64,000 nt of DNA, from contig CAVPRW010000032.1 of NCBI GenBank assembly GCA_963707985.1, positions 32,001 through 96,000 of the forward strand. The letters are read 5' to 3'. Below the pieces are notes generated by a model that had not been told where the DNA came from, did not search any database, and was given only the letters and a program-made list of their open reading frames with translations. Source of the DNA: an uncultured Nitrospinota bacterium (GTDB lineage: Bacteria > Tectomicrobia > Entotheonellia > J063 > CAVPRW01). Below are positions 1 to 10,434 of the stretch, in pieces; position 1 is the stretch's first letter; each line of letters opens with the position of its first letter. Position numbers and translations under genes: made by a program.

Positions 1-1174
1 ACTTCACCGGCAGCTGGTCAAAATAGTACACATCCTTCGGGAAAACACTCATCTGTAGCACATGTTCGAGGAATCCTCGAATGCGTTCCAGTGAAGATGC
101 CAGCACGACACCGCCAATGGCACCAGCCGCCGTCCCCGCCGTACCGATGATCAACCCCTGCAGCACGAAAATCTTCATAATTGCTCGCCTAGTGGCACCC
201 ATGGCTTTGAGGATGGCGATGTCACGTCGCTTTTCCATGACCATCATGATGAGCGTGCTGACGATGTTAAAGGCGGCGACCAATACGATCAGCGCCAGGA
301 TCACGAACATGGTGACCTTCTCGACGCGCAACGCGGCGAAGAGATTACGGTTCATCTCGGTCCAATCGCGTGTCCAATAAGGGAACCCCAGCTCACGCCG
401 CAGTACTTGGGCTACCTGGGGTGCACGATCAACGTCATCGACTTTGACTTGGAGGCCGGTCACGGCATCGCCGAGATTGAAGAAGCGCTGGGCTGTCGGA
501 AGGGAAATGAACGCCAGGCTCGTGTCGTACTCAAACATACCGCTGTCAAAGATCGCCACGACCTCGAACCGGCGATACTTCGGCATCATACCGGCTGGCG
601 TGATGGTCCCTATCGGGGAGACCACGGTGATCTCATCGCCGAGAAATGTGTTCAGGTTCTTTGCCAACTCCCGTCCAATCACAATGCCGTGGAGACGGGA
701 GGGCCCTTCCTCCTCTGCCATAGCGGCTTGGGACACCTCTTCATTCAAGCGCCCAAGCCCACCCTCGCGGATATTTTTGGCGAGGTCAGTTACTGACTGC
801 TCCCGTGCGGGATCGATCCCGCGGATCACGACCCCCATTGCATTCGTGCGAGAGCTCAGCATCACTTGACTGTACACGAACGGGGTGACAGCGCTCACGT
901 GTGGTGCCTGTCGTACCCGCTCCCCCAGGGCTTCGTAATCCTGGAGACGGTGACTGTCAAGCTGCAGTACTACTACGTGGGCGTTGGTCCCGACAATCTT
1001 GTGTTTGAGCAAGTCCTCGAAGCCACTCATGACCGCTAGCACCACGATCAAGGCCATGACGCCGACGGCCACACCGCCCACGGAAATCCATGTGATGAGG
1101 GAGATAAACAACTGCTGGCGTTTCGCCTTGAGGTAGCGCAAACTTAGCGCCCACTCAAATGGGAGGTGCCTCAT
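1..1174 (-). CDS. lolE: Lipoprotein-releasing ABC transporter permease LolC/LolE (runs off the window start)
   Basis: Manual translation from ATG 1174: MRHLPFEWALSLRYLKAKRQQLFISLITWISVGGVAVGVMALIVVLAVMSGFE...GVVIRGIDP..., with C-terminal FPKDVYYFDQLPVK. Not in the ORF track because no stop falls inside the window. Confidence 0.9.
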   Translation of the reverse strand, partial: MRHLPFEWALSLRYLKAKRQQLFISLITWISVGGVAVGVMALIVVLAVMSGFEDLLKHKIVGTNAHVVVLQLDSHRLQDYEALGERVRQAPHVSAVTPFVYSQVMLSSRTNAMGVVIRGIDPAREQSVTDLAKNIREGGLGRLNEEVSQAAMAEEEGPSRLHGIVIGRELAKNLNTFLGDEITVVSPIGTITPAGMMPKYRRFEVVAIFDSGMFEYDTSLAFISLPTAQRFFNLGDAVTGLQVKVDDVDRAPQVAQVLRRELGFPYWTRDWTEMNRNLFAALRVEKVTMFVILALIVLVAAFNIVSTLIMMVMEKRRDIAILKAMGATRRAIMKIFVLQGLIIGTAGTAAGAIGGVVLASSLERIRGFLEHVLQMSVFPKDVYYFDQLPVK

Positions 1175-1495
1175 ACCGATTCCCCACCGCTGCCAGGTCA
1201 ATATAATGGAGGGAACACGTCGCAGTCAAGATGTTTTTCCCGCAGCGGAGCGGACTTCCGACGGCCGTATGGCTCATCCCCTGTGTTGGAGACCAAACAT
1301 TCGTTTGTCTATTGGGAACGACCCCGATCCGTCCGCGTACCATGCCATGATAACTCCTGGCGCCAACCGACGTCCTCGCAGGCACACCCCGGCGCTATGC
1401 CGCCCTCGCCTATCACGTCTGCGACCGCCCGATTCCGCTCCCCACCTTCGGCTCACCCCGTGCCTAGGCCAGTCGAACCGCGACGACTGCCCGCA

Positions 1496-2591
1496 CTAGC
1501 GGGCGGTGAGGAGATACTGCTCGATGAAGGGGTCAAGATCGCCATCGAGCACGGCGTCGACATTCCCCACTTCCAAATCGGTACGATGGTCTTTGATCAG
1601 CCGGTAGGGATGCAGGACGTACGACCGAATCTGATGTCCCCAAGCGATGTCTTTCTTGCCTTGGGAATACTGTTCAAGCTTCTCCGTACGCTTCTCTTTT
1701 TCAATCTCATACAGGCGTGAGCGCAAGACTTTCATCGCCGAAGCTCGGTTTTTATGTTGAGACCGTTCGTTCTGACATTGCACGACGATGCCCGTAGGGA
1801 TATGGATAATCCGCACGGCGGAGTCCGTGACATTAACATGCTGGCCGCCATGCCCGCCGGCACGAAACGTTTCGATGCGCAGGTCGGCCTCGCTGATGAC
1901 GACTTGGATATCATCGGCGATCTCTGGGATGACAAACACCGATGCGAAGGACGTATGCCGACGATTGTTCGCATCGAAGGGGGAGAGGCGAATCAAGCGA
2001 TGCACCCCGGACTCCGCTTTACTATATCCGTAGGCGTATTTTCCTTCGATGAGCACGGTGACGCTCTTCACCCCCGCCTCCTCGCCGGCCAGGATATCGA
2101 GGATCTGTGTCCGAAACCCTTTACGCTCAGTCCAGCGCAAGTACATACGTAAGAGCATTTCGGCCCAATCCTGCGACTCGGTGCCACCTGCACCCGCATG
2201 AATGGTCAGAATGGCGTTTTTCGCGTCGTCTGGGCCGCTGAGCATGCGAGCCAGCTCCGTTTGGGTCACGTCGCGCTCGATCGTGGTTAAGGCGCCGGCA
2301 ATCTCCTCCGCGACCGACAGCTCCTCCTCGGCCTCGGCCAGGTCGAGCATCAATGCCTGCTCTTCGAGCCGCTTTTGGAGGTGCTCCCAGCCTTCGATCG
2401 TCTCCTGCAGCGTAGAGCGTTGCCGCATCAACTCCTGAGCGCGTTTGGTATCCTGCCACAGATCCTCACGGTTGATGTGGCGTTCAAGCTGGTCTTTTTC
2501 TGTCCGCTTGGCATCGATCTCAAAGATACCCCCGAAGGCTTTTGATGCGCTCCTCAAGCGTCTCGATGCGTCGGTGTAACTCCTCAAACAT
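1496..2591 (-). CDS. prfB: Peptide chain release factor 2, programmed +1 frameshift
   Basis: SPF and GGQ motifs (RLSPFD, GGHGGQHVN). Real start ATG 2591 gives MFEELHRRIETLEERIKSLRGYL*, then the +1 frame continues EIDAKR. Confidence 0.97.
2519..2534 (-). promoter_or_regulatory. RF2 autoregulatory frameshift site (internal SD-like GGGGG, TAT, CTT TGA G)
   Basis: Minus strand reads CGG GGG TAT CTT TGA G, at the canonical position after codon 23 of prfB. Confidence 0.92.
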
Positions 2592-2616
2592 GGTCCTTCC
2601 TCCTGTCACTGTTCGT

Positions 2617-4149
2617 TCAGCTCGGCCTTCGCCCGACCATGCCCCATCCTAGCGACACAGCGGTCACCAGTATGCAACCGTAGGCAAACAGATCACCCCA
2701 GCGCGTGTAAAACGTTGTTGCCCCCCCTGCCGGGGCGATACGTGCCTTGACCCAGGTGCGTACAAACAGGTCCGTCTGCTGGCTGAGCCGTCCCGTTGAG
2801 TCAATCACCGCCGAAATACCGGTATTGGCGGCACGCACGATGGGCAGGCGATTTTCGACGGCGCGGAACACTACCATCGAAAGATGCTGGTACGATGCTG
2901 GACTATAGCCGAACCAGGCATCATTGGTGATATTGACCAGAAACTGGGCCCCAAGGCGCACAAAGTGCCGCACCAGGTCAGGGAAGATGGCCTCGAAGCA
3001 GATCAGGACAGCGAAGCGTCCGGGCGGGATGGCCATCACGGTGTAGGCCTCACCGCTGCGAAACTCACCGATGCCCGCGACCAGCTTATCCAGGAAAAAC
3101 AGCAGGCGCCGCAGCGGAATATATTCTCCAAAGGGCACCAGATGGATTTTGTCGTACCGTCCTAGTACCGTCGCATCGGGACCCACCAGGAAGGCGCTAT
3201 TATACATGACGTCTTGGCCGCCGTCTCGGACGTAGGTGGGACTGCCGAACAGAAGCGGGTGCCCAGCTTCTTGTGCAAGCCGGAACTGACGCGACTGAAA
3301 TACGCGATCATTGGCAAAGAAAAACGGTGTGGCGGCCTCTGGCCAGACGATCAGCTCAACCTCGGAGTCGGCGGCCGCTTCGAGCGTGAGGACGCGATAA
3401 ATTGAGAAGATCGCTTCGCGGGCGGCGTCATCCCACTTCAGGTCCTGCTCGATATTGCCTTGGAGCAAGGCGACTGGCAGGTTGGCTCCGACGGGTGCCG
3501 TCGAGATCTGGTGCAGACGCCACTCCCCATAACCCCAGATGGCTGCCAGGCTGAAGACGGTGAGCATACATGGTATCCGCACCTGCTTCCACCGTCGCTG
3601 CATGGCGCTATCGAGAAGCTGCGCAATGGCCACATTCCCTAGCACCAGGGCAAACGACACGCCATAAACACTCGCGAAATCGGCCACCTGGATCAACGGT
3701 CGATTTAGATACTGGGAATACCCCAGGCTCGCCCACGGAAATCCGCTCAACGCCTGGGCGCGTACCCATTCGAGGGCGACCCATAGCGCCGGGGCTATCA
3801 GCACGATCCCCCGCGGCCATCGACGTAGACTCCAAGTCCAGCCTGCCGTGAACACGCCGACATAGAACCCGACATAGACCACCAAGAGCAGCAGGATACT
3901 GTAGCTTAGGAGCGTCGGAACCCCGCCGTAGTTGACCATCGTGTGTGGAATCCAGCGTAGAATGCCTAGATAGCCCAGGCAACCGCTGATCCACCCCCAC
4001 AGTAACGCTGTCCGACACCCTACACCACGCGTCGCCGTCAGCAGCGGCACGAACACAACCCATGCTAGCCATGACATATTATACCATGGGAAACACAGCA
4101 CGAGCAGCAGTCCGGTCAGCAGGCAAAAAAGGCCGCCTACAATCCTCAT
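2617..4149 (-). CDS. lnt: Apolipoprotein N-acyltransferase
   Basis: Multi-TM N-terminus; WPE, YDKIHLVPFGEYIP, ICFE, NITNDAWFG and RAANTGIS nitrilase-fold motifs. Confidence 0.96.
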   Translation of the reverse strand: MRIVGGLFCLLTGLLLVLCFPWYNMSWLAWVVFVPLLTATRGVGCRTALLWGWISGCLGYLGILRWIPHTMVNYGGVPTLLSYSILLLLVVYVGFYVGVFTAGWTWSLRRWPRGIVLIAPALWVALEWVRAQALSGFPWASLGYSQYLNRPLIQVADFASVYGVSFALVLGNVAIAQLLDSAMQRRWKQVRIPCMLTVFSLAAIWGYGEWRLHQISTAPVGANLPVALLQGNIEQDLKWDDAAREAIFSIYRVLTLEAAADSEVELIVWPEAATPFFFANDRVFQSRQFRLAQEAGHPLLFGSPTYVRDGGQDVMYNSAFLVGPDATVLGRYDKIHLVPFGEYIPLRRLLFFLDKLVAGIGEFRSGEAYTVMAIPPGRFAVLICFEAIFPDLVRHFVRLGAQFLVNITNDAWFGYSPASYQHLSMVVFRAVENRLPIVRAANTGISAVIDSTGRLSQQTDLFVRTWVKARIAPAGGATTFYTRWGDLFAYGCILVTAVSLGWGMVGRRPS

Positions 4150-4204
4150 AGTTGGCCTGCAGAACTCGCGGAATATCGATCTGCCCGTGCAAGCGGGCGC
4201 GACC

Positions 4205-4773
4205 TCATGTGGGTGGGTCGCGATCGTCTGGTAGGTAATGCTGCCAGATTTTGAGAAATGCCTGTGCCGAGGGCGGCGGGAAGTTGAGGAAGACCACGAA
4301 GGGTGGTGGCTTCACCTTGCGGAGCAGATGCATACCTGTCTCGTCCAAGCGCCGATTGCCTTTGCGCACATTACAGGTCTGGCAGGCGACCACCACGTTG
4401 TCCCAGGAGGTCTTACCCCCCAACGAGCGGGGGATGATATGATCGATCGTCAGGTTTGCCCCCATCCGCCCGCAGTATTGACAGGTATAGTTGTCGCGTC
4501 GGAAGACATTTTTCTTGCTGAACGCCAGGCTTTTGCGGTATGAACGACGGATATAGCGCAGCAAGCGAATCACCGCAGGTAGTGGGAGCGCCCGCGACGG
4601 GGAGTGGATGACACGATCACTCATCTCCACATTCTCCGCCTTCCCCTGTAGGACCATGATCAGCGCTCGCCGGACGTTGCAAAAGTGGAGCGGCTCATAG
4701 GTATGGTTAAGTACCAGGACCTTGATGCCGTCAATACTGTGGATGCTGCGTGGGATACTTACATCGGATTCCA
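4205..4773 (-). CDS. HNH endonuclease (McrA/HNH_5-like)
   Basis: VLVLNHTYEPL...RRDNYTCQYCG...TIDHIIPRSLGGKTSWDNVVVACQTCNVRKGN. Start uncertain. Confidence 0.9.
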
Positions 4774-5056
4774 TCGGTCGCTTGGGCCAGCAAAAGGTTT
4801 GGGCCATTACCTTGTCAATGCCGCATCTCATGTAGGCCAGCGACATTATAATAGAGACTAGGCACCTGTGTCAATGACGGCAAGCCGTCGAGAGCGCTGC
4901 ATCGAGCGGACCGCACCGCCACATCTCCAGGCTAGCCAGGTGCGAGTGCGGCTGCTGCGGGGATTGCATTCCACATGTGCATGCGCTAGAGTGGCGTTAC
5001 TTAAATTTGCTGAGACAAGAAGCACGCCTGAGAAGGCATCACCAGGAGGGTGGTGT

Positions 5057-5452
5057 GTGAAGGACACGCTGAAAGTCGGCGCCAGCGCAGAAATCGAGAT
5101 CGCGACCAGCCCGGAAATGGGGATTACGCACCTAGGGCCTGGTGCGCCGCGCATGTACTCAACCCCGTCCATGATCAGTCTGATGGAACAGACGGCGATT
5201 CGGGTATTGACGCCGCATCTCGACGCCGGAGAACAGTCGGTAGGGACCAAGGTCAGCGTCAGCCACTTCAAGGCTACCCCTATCGGGCAGACGGTGCGGG
5301 CCAAGGCGACACTCATCGAAATCGTCGACATTGGACGACCAACTAAGCGGTATCGGTTCAATGTCGAGGCCTTCAATGAAACGGACAAAATCGGCGAAGG
5401 GAGCCACGAACGGGCCGTGATTAACGTCACGCAGTTTGTCGGCCGGTCGTAG
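5057..5452 (+). CDS. Hotdog-fold thioesterase (FlK-like)
   Basis: MYSTPSMISLMEQ, SVGTKVSVSHFKATPIG, IGEGSHERAVI. GGAGG precedes GTG 5057. Confidence 0.88.
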   Translation: MKDTLKVGASAEIEIATSPEMGITHLGPGAPRMYSTPSMISLMEQTAIRVLTPHLDAGEQSVGTKVSVSHFKATPIGQTVRAKATLIEIVDIGRPTKRYRFNVEAFNETDKIGEGSHERAVINVTQFVGRS

Positions 5453-5515
5453 CCGGGCTGTTGGCGTGTCGCTCTTGCTGACAATCGCTCAGCATGTACA
5501 TCGGACAACGAGGAT

Positions 5516-5956
5516 GTGACCATGGCACCACGTGAGGAACAGGAGGCCGCAGTTCTCCGGGCCAATGAGCGGTTCTATGAGGCGTTCGAACAGCTTGACA
5601 TTGAGGCCATGTCGGCGGTCTGGCTGCATTCCAACCGGGCGCGCTGCATCCATCCAGGCTGGCGTACGTTGCGGGGATGGTCCGCCATTAAGGAGAGCTG
5701 GATCGCGATCTTCAGCAACACGGAGGAGATTAAGTTCACGCTCACAGCGGTCTCGGTAAACCTCTCTGACCAAATGGCCTGGGTGAGCTGCGTGGAAAAC
5801 ATCATTGATTCGGGCAATGACATCCCAGTGGTCAGCACTATCGAAGCCACGAATATCTTTGAGTGGGTCGACTCGGAGTGGCGTTTGGCCCAGCATCACG
5901 CTTCGATGGCCGTGCGTGAGCGCGACGAGTCCGATTGGGATCCATCGCAGAACTAA
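5516..5956 (+). CDS. SnoaL-like / NTF2-fold protein
   Basis: ANERFYEAFEQLDIEAMSAVW...CIHPGW...ATNIFE...WRLAQHHAS. Confidence 0.88.
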   Translation: MTMAPREEQEAAVLRANERFYEAFEQLDIEAMSAVWLHSNRARCIHPGWRTLRGWSAIKESWIAIFSNTEEIKFTLTAVSVNLSDQMAWVSCVENIIDSGNDIPVVSTIEATNIFEWVDSEWRLAQHHASMAVRERDESDWDPSQN

Positions 5957-6044
5957 ACCAATCGGCTGGAGACCTCTTGCGGGGGTTCAGGCCTCCCCGA
6001 GCAGCCCTGTCGTCCTCGGATGCCCTGCATGGAGGAGGGCCTGC

Positions 6045-7067
6045 ATGCAGTTTGGGATGGGTGGATACGCGCTGGAACAGGTGCAGACGCTGGGGGGAGC
6101 GGTGGTTGGCCGCGACCTGCTGGCGGATGCCATGCTGGCCGAGGAGTTAGGTTTCGATTCACTATGGGTAGCCGAGAATCATTTTTCTGTCGATCGACAG
6201 TGTTCCTCTCCGTTCGTCATCGCCGGCGTGCTCGCTGGTGCCACGCAGCGTATCCGCATCGGGGTGTTCTCCATTCTCACCTTCGCCCATCCGCTGCGCC
6301 TCGCCGAAGATGCGGCGACGCTCGATCTGATGTCAGGCGGAAGACTCACGCTTTGCTTTGGGACGGGGTATCGAGCGGAGGAGTTCGCCGTGTTCGGAAT
6401 CGGCATGCATGGCAAGGGATCGCGCTTCCGAGAGTGCCTGGACGTGGTGCAAAAGGCGTGGGTGGGACCATTTACGCATCATGGCAAACACTTTCACATT
6501 CCCGCTGGAGCTCAGGGCGCGTCCAGTGCAGCGGACGCCGTCGCGGTGCTGCCCCAACCACTACAAACGACTATACCGGTCTGGATGGCGGCCTTCGGCA
6601 ATGTCAGCGTTAAACGGGCCGCACGCTTGGGCTATCCGCTGCTGCCTGCGGCGCTGGAATCGATCCCCGAGTTGCAGGCCAAATACCAGCTCTATCACGC
6701 TACCTGGGGAGCAGGAGAACACACGGCGCCGCCTGGGGCGATGCCACTGATGCGCGTAGTGTACGTCGCGCCGCAGGCCCACGCGGCCCATCAGGAGGCC
6801 GAAGCCGGACTTATGCAGACATACGGCCGCTATCGGCGCTGGGGCTTGCTGAGCAATGCTGGGAACGATTACGCAACCTTGGCCAAGGACCGTTTTATCA
6901 TCGGTGACCCCATCCAGGTCGCCGCAGAGATCCACCGCTATCGCGAGCTCTTCGGCATCACTTACCTGATCTGCCGCATGACTATACCCGACGTTCCGCA
7001 TCAGCACATTCAGCGCTCAATGCGTCTATTCAGCGCGCACGTTGCCCCACATTTCAGTCACACGTAA
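6045..7067 (+). CDS. LLM-class flavin-dependent oxidoreductase
   Basis: AEELGFDSLWVAENHF, HPLRLAEDAATLDLMSGGRL. GGAGG RBS before ATG 6045. Confidence 0.92.
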   Translation: MQFGMGGYALEQVQTLGGAVVGRDLLADAMLAEELGFDSLWVAENHFSVDRQCSSPFVIAGVLAGATQRIRIGVFSILTFAHPLRLAEDAATLDLMSGGRLTLCFGTGYRAEEFAVFGIGMHGKGSRFRECLDVVQKAWVGPFTHHGKHFHIPAGAQGASSAADAVAVLPQPLQTTIPVWMAAFGNVSVKRAARLGYPLLPAALESIPELQAKYQLYHATWGAGEHTAPPGAMPLMRVVYVAPQAHAAHQEAEAGLMQTYGRYRRWGLLSNAGNDYATLAKDRFIIGDPIQVAAEIHRYRELFGITYLICRMTIPDVPHQHIQRSMRLFSAHVAPHFSHT

Positions 7068-7411
7068 CAACTCGTAACCACTGCTGTGGACTCTACCATG
7101 GTGCCATCCACCCCCCCTTTTCTCGTCGCGTCGAATGGGGTACAATACGGGCCGTCCCGGGGGTCAGCGCCGCCCCTGGCATGGCAGGGCCTAAGTCACA
7201 TATAGGCGTCGTCGGATCGTTGATTGACGCCCGCCAGATGACCTGGCATGACGGACGGGTCGTTGCAAACGGAGCCATCGCGAGTAATCGAGGTATTGCC
7301 CCGGAGGACCGAGACGAATGGCGGATGGTCATGCAGCACTAGCCCAGGAGACGAGCGTTGGTGCACGGATCGGTGGTGCCTCCACGGTGGTCACGCTAGT
7401 CAGCATGGCAC

Positions 7412-7798
7412 ATGCCTTTTCCCACGCCTAAGGCATACTCCTCCCCCGCATCGTGCCCTTCTTCCTCTCGGTGCCGAGGTGCGGTGTATTCCGAAGGCTC
7501 TCTCATGCAAACCGGATTGCGAGATGTGGCCGACAAGACTTCGATGGAAATGCTGTATGGCCTATGCTATACCGTGGGTTCAGCGATCGGCGCCCCTTGG
7601 GCGTTCTTGATCGCTGCCCTGGTGGATGGCTACGGCGTTGCTGCGGCGTTCGCAGCCATGGCGGTATCGCATGTACTGGCCGCATTGGTGCTCATACCAG
7701 TGCGCCTACGCCGGACGGTGCATGCTGTCCCCAGCTGCCCGAAACCATGCAACCTTGCTCTCGGACGGAGGCGTGCGACCCCATGGACAGCTTGTTGA
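7412..7798 (+). pseudogene. C-terminal fragment of an MFS transporter
   Basis: Only the last TM helices are present (YGLCYTVGSAIGAPWAFLIAALVDGYGVAAAF); no intact N-terminus. Confidence 0.5.
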
Positions 7799-7965
7799 CA
7801 GCTATCACCGTCCATAAAATTCCCGGCAAAGAGATCTGCGGTGTTGTTGTCCTAGAGCAGCATGCAGATGGTTCATGGGCTGGGGCCTGCAGTCGTTGTG
7901 CAAAGCCCTTTCATCACGACAAAGACCCGACCTTCGAGCGGCAGGTATTGGCGCTGCGCAATTAA
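7783..7965 (+). CDS. Small 60-aa hypothetical protein with Cys/His residues
   Basis: GGAGG RBS then MDSLLTAITVHKIPGKEICGVVVLEQHADGSWAGACSRCAKPFHHDKDPTFERQVLALRN. Confidence 0.6.
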   Translation: MDSLLTAITVHKIPGKEICGVVVLEQHADGSWAGACSRCAKPFHHDKDPTFERQVLALRN

Positions 7966-8015
7966 CGCCAGCGCTCAGAGGTGATGGCGTAGACCAGATT
8001 CCACCAAGGAGTTCA

Positions 8016-8912
8016 ATGTCCCAGCTGACACGCTACAAAGCAATTTTCGCACCGGCCTCACCGGCAGATCGCTGGCGCGCCTTCGAGGACTACTGGGCCT
8101 ACCTGCTCGAACGGGATGGAGCCCTGCACGAGGAGGCGCAAGCGCTCGAGCACAAGACGGGGTATTATCAACGTCTGCAGGCGCGCCCCCTCCACGCTCG
8201 GCAATCGCTCACTCCCGTGCGAACGATGGCCGCCTTGGCAGACCTGCTAACTACCCAGCACCGGACTCAGGCCGACCGACGGTTGCTCGCCCTCACGGTC
8301 ATCTATAAGTTTGCCAGCCATGAGGCCGCAGGAATTCGGGCCGCATGGCTGGCGACCCCCTCATGGGAGCGCTGCAGGAATCTGACCGATCGAATTACCC
8401 GCTACCACCTCTGTGAGGAGTTCTGCCATCTCCGACTCTTTGGCGAGATGTTCAAGGTGTTCGCGTTAGGTGTGGAGTGGCCTTTGTTCTCCTGGCCGAT
8501 GCGCACCACGTATGCAGCGTTTGCCCGCTGTCCCAACTGGGTACTCGCCCCTATAGCCTTTGGTAGCGAGATCATGGGGATCATGTTTTACCGGCACATC
8601 TGGCGTGTGCTGGAGGAGGTGTTTGCCACCGAGCCTGAGGCGTTAGAGCGGTTGCACGAGTTGCTGGGCGAGATCATGGTCGACGAACTGGGACACATCG
8701 GCGAGCGCCGGAGTTTTCTCGGCCATGCCGGGGTGACGTTTGCGCGTAAGTTTTTACCCGTTATGATGCGCCGGTTTTTCGCCGACATCCCTGAGGCCGA
8801 GGTCATCCTCGACGTGAATCGGATGGTACAAGAAGCGCTGGTATTCGACTATAGCGGTATCGATGCGGCGATCACCGAGCGTGCATGGATCCCTGCCTAC
8901 TGCCAGGTCTAG
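8016..8912 (+). CDS. Ferritin-like diiron protein
   Basis: AAGGAG RBS; carboxylate/His pattern HE...EEFCH...SE...DELGH. Confidence 0.75.
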   Translation: MSQLTRYKAIFAPASPADRWRAFEDYWAYLLERDGALHEEAQALEHKTGYYQRLQARPLHARQSLTPVRTMAALADLLTTQHRTQADRRLLALTVIYKFASHEAAGIRAAWLATPSWERCRNLTDRITRYHLCEEFCHLRLFGEMFKVFALGVEWPLFSWPMRTTYAAFARCPNWVLAPIAFGSEIMGIMFYRHIWRVLEEVFATEPEALERLHELLGEIMVDELGHIGERRSFLGHAGVTFARKFLPVMMRRFFADIPEAEVILDVNRMVQEALVFDYSGIDAAITERAWIPAYCQV

Positions 8913-9090
8913 GTCTGGAGATGGGTCTCGGCCTGAGCATTCTCCAGAACCTCGCCATCACGATACTCGCCGATAGACCGCACGCTTACCTGACATACGG
9001 AATGGATGCTCTGGACGCAGCGGACGTGTGCTCAACCTTGGCCAGATGCCAATTCACGCGATGAAAAATAGAAAAAGAAGGGAGCCACTC

Positions 9091-9642
9091 ATGAAACGAG
9101 CCCTTGTTGTCGTCGATGTGCAGAATGAATATTTTTCTGGTTTGCTGCCTATCACACACCCCCAAGGGCACTTGACCAATATTCTGCGGGTCATGGATGC
9201 GGCAGCAGCCCATGACATACCTCTCGTGGTGGTTCAACACACCTTTCCGCAGCCCGACAAGCCCTTCTTCCGGCGCGGCACCCCGCAGTGGGAACTGCAC
9301 CCGGAGGTGCAGGCACGCCCGCATGACCTCTTGATTGAGAAGCATCTGCCGGGAAGTTTTACCGGAACAGCGTTAGAGCCCTGGCTGCACCAGCAGGGCA
9401 TCGATACGGTAGTGATCGCGGGCTATATGACGCATATGTGCTGTGACACCACCGCGCGACAGGCAGTTCATCGGGGCTTTACCGTGGAGTTTCTGAGTGA
9501 TGCGACGGGCACCTTGCCCCTGAGTAACGCAGCAGGGGAGGTGAGTGCCGAGGAATTACAGCGGGCCATTTTGTGTGCGCAGCAGATGCTGCTCAGCGAG
9601 GTCATCAGCACAGACGCGTGGTGCCGGCGGATTGCCGAATAA
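9091..9642 (+). CDS. Cysteine hydrolase (isochorismatase family)
   Basis: ALVVVDVQNEYF, EKHLPGSF, AGYMTHMCCDTTAR. Confidence 0.93.
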   Translation: MKRALVVVDVQNEYFSGLLPITHPQGHLTNILRVMDAAAAHDIPLVVVQHTFPQPDKPFFRRGTPQWELHPEVQARPHDLLIEKHLPGSFTGTALEPWLHQQGIDTVVIAGYMTHMCCDTTARQAVHRGFTVEFLSDATGTLPLSNAAGEVSAEELQRAILCAQQMLLSEVISTDAWCRRIAE

Positions 9643-9779
9643 GTTGAGAGGACTTCTCGGCTTCTCGGTCGTTCTGACTTCCAGGCGCATCCTGGCATGA
9701 GTAAGGATGCAACGCGGCAACAGCCGTGTGCAGCTGGTATGTCGGGAGAAGACGCTCCGGTCGGGGTGTGGATATCATC

Positions 9780-10200
9780 CTGGGCGAGCCATAGCGCCTA
9801 TGGAAGAAGAGCTCGCCCACGATTTCCTGTAGTGCATACACGCCCAGACGCCCCTTGCAGGCCACATCAAAAGCTGTAACCGCTCGCATTATGAGGATGT
9901 GCTCATCGTGCGAGTGCATAAACTCGTCCCTAGGCAGGTCTGGCGCTCTCGCTATGAGCTCATCAACGCCTTCGAGCGCTTGCTGGCCGATTCGGCCACG
10001 CTGCTTTTCAAGCTCTACCTTCACATCAGCCAAGAAGAGCAACGACAGCGACTCCTCGAACGTGAACAGGCTCCCCCCAAGTCACGGAGACTTTGCGGGA
10101 TGCGCTGTGGCCGTTCAGAGAGCAGTGGCTGGAGACGCTGGAAGACCTAGGGCGAGAAAAACGCAAGGCGATTGAGGAGTATCGCCGAAGCCGAAACCAT
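9780..10200 (+). pseudogene. Polyphosphate kinase 2 (PPK2) remnant
   Basis: EEELAHDFL*...[13 protein letters not shown]...[12 protein letters not shown]...[18 protein letters not shown], with a stop codon, frameshifts and no N-terminus. Bounds approximate. Confidence 0.75.
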
Positions 10201-10434
10201 GCGGGGTGAACAGCCGACGATGTAAGTAATCTAGGGCCGAGCGTCCACGACAACGGGCGTCCACAGGCCCGAGTACCAGCCATAGGCCAACAACTCATGT
10301 GCTTGAAAGCTCAGAATGAGCATGGCTCGCTGGCTCAGATGCACTTGACAGGTCCGATGTCTACGTGCTAGCGTCAAGCGCCAGTGCGACACATGATCAT
10401 CACTCGGTCACGGATTGCATCAGGAGGAGATCTC

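Noticed and set aside
81..869. Plus-strand ORFs at the window start, and many similar antisense ORFs such as 41445-42419 and 13722-14513
   Set aside because: They are shadow ORFs opposite recognisable genes, expected at high GC.
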